From contig NC_047066.1 of NCBI RefSeq assembly GCF_902459465.1, positions 1,178,001-1,242,000 on the forward strand: a stretch of 64,000 bases of DNA. Reading direction: 5' to 3'. Shown piece by piece: positions 61,601-64,000 of the stretch. The DNA comes from Asterias rubens. Lineage: Eukaryota. The position numbers and the translations under genes are program-made. How positions within the stretch are numbered: the first letter of the stretch is position 1; each line of letters opens with the position of its first letter. The notes under the pieces were generated by a model. That model had not been told where the DNA came from and did not search any database. It worked only from the letters and a program-made list of their open reading frames with translations.

Positions 61601-63014
61601 AAGTAGATGTACAGTATGGGTGAGAACAAGCAGAAAGTAAGAAGCATTAAATGGACAATATGAAATATTCGTCAGGCAATTGTTTTAAGTAATAACCAAT
61701 AGTGTTCAGTGCCTTTAAACCCTAATAAAATTTTATAAAACAAAAAGGAAATGTTTTGCTCCTGGTGAGTGACATGACAGTGTATTTTTGTTGTCGTCCC
61801 TCGATGAGGAAGATGAGGAAGTTTGGCGACTGTTCTTTATTCCGACACCTCTATGTTCTGACAACCCTATACAGTTAGGTAAAAACCCTGATGATTTACC
61901 AGCTAGGGTTACGGTTATTAGGGTAAAAAAAAACACTTGTTGGATTATAGGGGTGTCATTACATAGGGATGTCAGAACATGGGGTGTAACCGGAAGTTTG
62001 GCTTGAACCCAAACAGCTTCTTGGTTCCTCCCCGTCTGGAACCTAGACTACAAAACAGGAAACTTAATCCACAGGGGAAAATAATATGCCCTTTTTTTAG
62101 ATTCCGTAAATGAACTGTACAGAGTTGGTAATTAAAAGAGACTTTTTGTACAGGAGGACTGTTAAAGAATTGAAAAAAAAACCAAAACATGTCATTTAAA
62201 GAAACAAACTGAAGGTGTATGTTACTAGGATAATACCTAATAAATGGACCACAATAATTGATTGTGATGGACAAGGTAAAACCCTGTTACTGGTTGTTCA
62301 TTTTACATACCAATGTTTTTTCGTTTTCAGAAATTTCAAGACACTCTACGGAAGGAAAGCATCAGTTGTTCAATTTTTTTAAATTCAGAATTATCAAGAA
62401 ATGAAGAAAATCCAAATTGATTTGATATTTTGTGGCTCTTCTATTTTCTTGCTTCCATACCAGGCATTGTATAATTTGGTCAGCATCACCAATCTTGTTT
62501 ATCACCTATAACTGATAAGTTTCGAAGGTAGAGATGTGTGGAGAAACATTTCTTGCAAAAGAAATGAAAACTTGTTCTTTTTTTAGTTTGGCTCGTGGAC
62601 ATTTCATGTAAGGAAAACCATCTCGGACAATCATTTCATTCGACCATTATTCATTTATTTTACTACAGTTCTCCTCAATACATATATTAATGTACAAATC
62701 TTATTTTGTTGTCTTCTAAAGGTGCAGTCTCGTTGCACCTGTAATTACAATTAATAATGTGAATTATTATGTTGACTGGGAAACTGTTTGGGACACTAGG
62801 TGGCAGCAGACCTAAAACATTGTTCAATGTGCGCATGCTCAGAACTATGTTCAGTTTACTCCCACCTAACATTTCTAAGTATCCCATTGTGACAATTAAC
62901 CTTTGTTAAACCTATCATATAGTGTCGGTACATCAAAAACTAGGAGTCACAAACGACCTTGCAAGGTTCGCTGGTATTCGATGCGCGAGTTGTTACCCTT
63001 CACGTGTAAAATGC

Positions 63015-63680
63015 ATTGTACACTATTAGTAATTTGTATTAATTAAACATCGTAAACACGGCTCTTCTGAAGTAACGCAGTTTGTGAGAAAGGCGATTTC
63101 TTACTCAAATATTAATAAAATTCAGACCTGAAGCCCTTTTTAAAGCCATTATACACTTTCGGAACAGAACAAAAAAAGTTCACAGATTTAACAAATAACT
63201 TACAGGGTTTACAGAAGGTCATGGTGAAAGACTTCTCTTGAAATATTATTCCATGAAATGCTTTACTTTTTGAGAAAACATTAAAACAAACAAGTTCTCG
63301 TTGTCGAGAATTACGGATTTATTTTAAACACATGCCATGACACGACGAAACGTTCGGAAACAAGGGTGGGTTTTCCCGTTATTTTCTCCCGACTCCGATG
63401 ACCAATTGAGCCTAAATTTTCACAGGTTTGTTATTTTATATATAAGTTGTGATACACGAAGTGTTGGCCTTTGGACAATACTGTTTACCGAAAGTGTCCA
63501 ATTGCTTGAACACATCTAAAAGCAACCAAAGTTTGTGCTACAGGGGTGTTTTTTCCCTTCATTATTCTCTTGCAACTTCGATGCCCAATTGAGTCAAATT
63601 TTCGCAGATGTGTTATGTAATGCATAGGTCGGGATACTCCAATTGAGGATACTGGTCTTTGACAATTACCAAAGGTGCCC
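63015..63680. mobile_element. Family A/B-type MITE interrupted by a nested TTAA MITE (63140-63512)
   Basis: The host interior breaks at ctgaagcccttt|ttaaagccattatacactttcgg and resumes after ccgaaagtgtccaattgcttgaa, ending ctggtctttgacaattaccaaaggtgccc. Confidence 0.7.
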
Positions 63681-64000
63681 ATTGTGGGACCAAAATGGTC
63701 CCAAATTGTTCGAATACGCACGAGATTACTCTATACATTTATTTACATCGGGGTTGCCCATCTCGTGTTGTTTGGCAATAATTAGTTTACTCCTTGCATG
63801 TTTGTAGCACAATGACATTAAATTTATAAAAATGCCACGTGCCTCCTAGCCTTTAGCCAAGGCGCACGCGGCACACCGGATGGCACGTACAACCCCAAAA
63901 ATGTAACACACGAAAAAAGACTATCACGGCGAGCGGCAAAGCCGCGAAGCGCCTTTACCAACTCGTTTTGGGGCCTTATGTTTTTCTTTACATTTGCCAA

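Overview
AT-rich, intron-containing animal genomic DNA. It is probably from a marine invertebrate, most likely an echinoderm such as a sea star (inferred from gene content and repeat style, not proven). There is one assembly gap (N run, 4811-5153). I rebuilt gene models by hand from GT-AG junctions and reading-frame phase. (1) A tandem pair of secreted PAN/apple-domain genes at 2.8-8.1 kb, each apparently carrying a different frame lesion. (2) A tandem array of four 3-exon rolling-stone-like (FAR-17a/AIG1-related) membrane-protein genes on + at 13.5-42.6 kb. (3) A 2-exon Patched-domain (PTCHD3-like) gene on - lying inside that array. (4) A 2-exon stathmin-like gene at 45-46 kb. (5) A 7-exon GPATCH3 on - at 48.5-56.3 kb. 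(6) A 3-coding-exon C19orf53/UPF0390 homolog on + at 58.7-60.9 kb. Introns and intergenic DNA are packed with non-autonomous TIR elements (several TTAA-flanked Kolobok-like MITE families), tRNA-derived SINE fragments, a 17 x 42-bp minisatellite and a degenerate telomere-like tract. I found no CRISPR array, rRNA, intact tRNA or autonomous transposase. The most promising system-level observation is the array of putative Thr/His intramembrane lipid hydrolases wrapped around a sterol-sensing RND-type transporter gene.
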